A stretch of DNA of 64,000 bases, from the NCBI RefSeq assembly GCF_040938485.1, contig NW_027272455.1, positions 1 through 64,000 of the forward strand, read 5' to 3'. The position numbers were made by a program, and so were the translations under genes. This DNA comes from Diadema antillarum (taxonomy: Eukaryota). Positions 63,793-64,000 of this stretch are shown here, piece after piece (the stretch's first letter is position 1; every line of letters starts with the position of its first letter). The notes beneath the pieces are model-generated. The model was not told where the DNA came from. It was given only the letters and a program-made list of their open reading frames with translations, and did no database searches.

Positions 63793-64000
63793 TAGTTATG
63801 TAAGATGTAAACTGTGCTGCCAAATAAACTCCCTCTTTTTCCAAAGCAGAATAGAATTACATGAATGAAACATTTATTATGCTGAATCTAATCCGATGCA
63901 CAGATGATCCGGAAGAGTGACATACCTCAAGTGTAATATGCATAAGATGAGGTTGAAATTTGAAACACGGGGCTGAACTGTTTTTGTTTTTGTTTTAAGG

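Overview
AT-rich, intron-rich animal genomic DNA with three N gaps. The repeat types and long poly-G/C runs look like an echinoderm (sea-urchin-type) genome; this is inference. Two protein-coding genes are supported and point away from each other. (1) An alpha-arrestin (ARRDC/TXNIP family) on the minus strand, with coding exons at 15880-15731, 6250-6151 and 71-5; it runs off the left edge. (2) A complete 10-coding-exon UDP-glucose 6-dehydrogenase (UGDH, 476 aa) on the plus strand at 41482-56682; its last intron has a GC donor. Most other recognisable structure is transposon-derived: TTAA-flanked Kolobok-like and piggyBac-like MITEs, TA-flanked Tc1/pogo-like MITEs, Harbinger-like MITEs, Helentron-like and Crypton-like elements, decayed L2/CR1/RTE LINE ends, and an old local duplication at 19.4-23.7 kb. 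The most unusual signal is a CAGGG-terminated non-autonomous element present twice, each copy with a 7-bp TSD, in the same orientation, in nearly the same 16-bp target (TTA-S-T-Y-W-AGGGATGGT). This suggests a sequence-specific DNA transposon, but n=2. Other candidates are an unexplained uORF-packed block upstream of the arrestin start, a tail-to-tail MITE dimer sharing one TTAA, and a possible spliced 65-aa membrane microprotein at 61.3-62.0 kb. I found no convincing evidence of a new multi-gene system. All alignments were done by eye, and TE superfamily names rest on TSD and terminus rules only.
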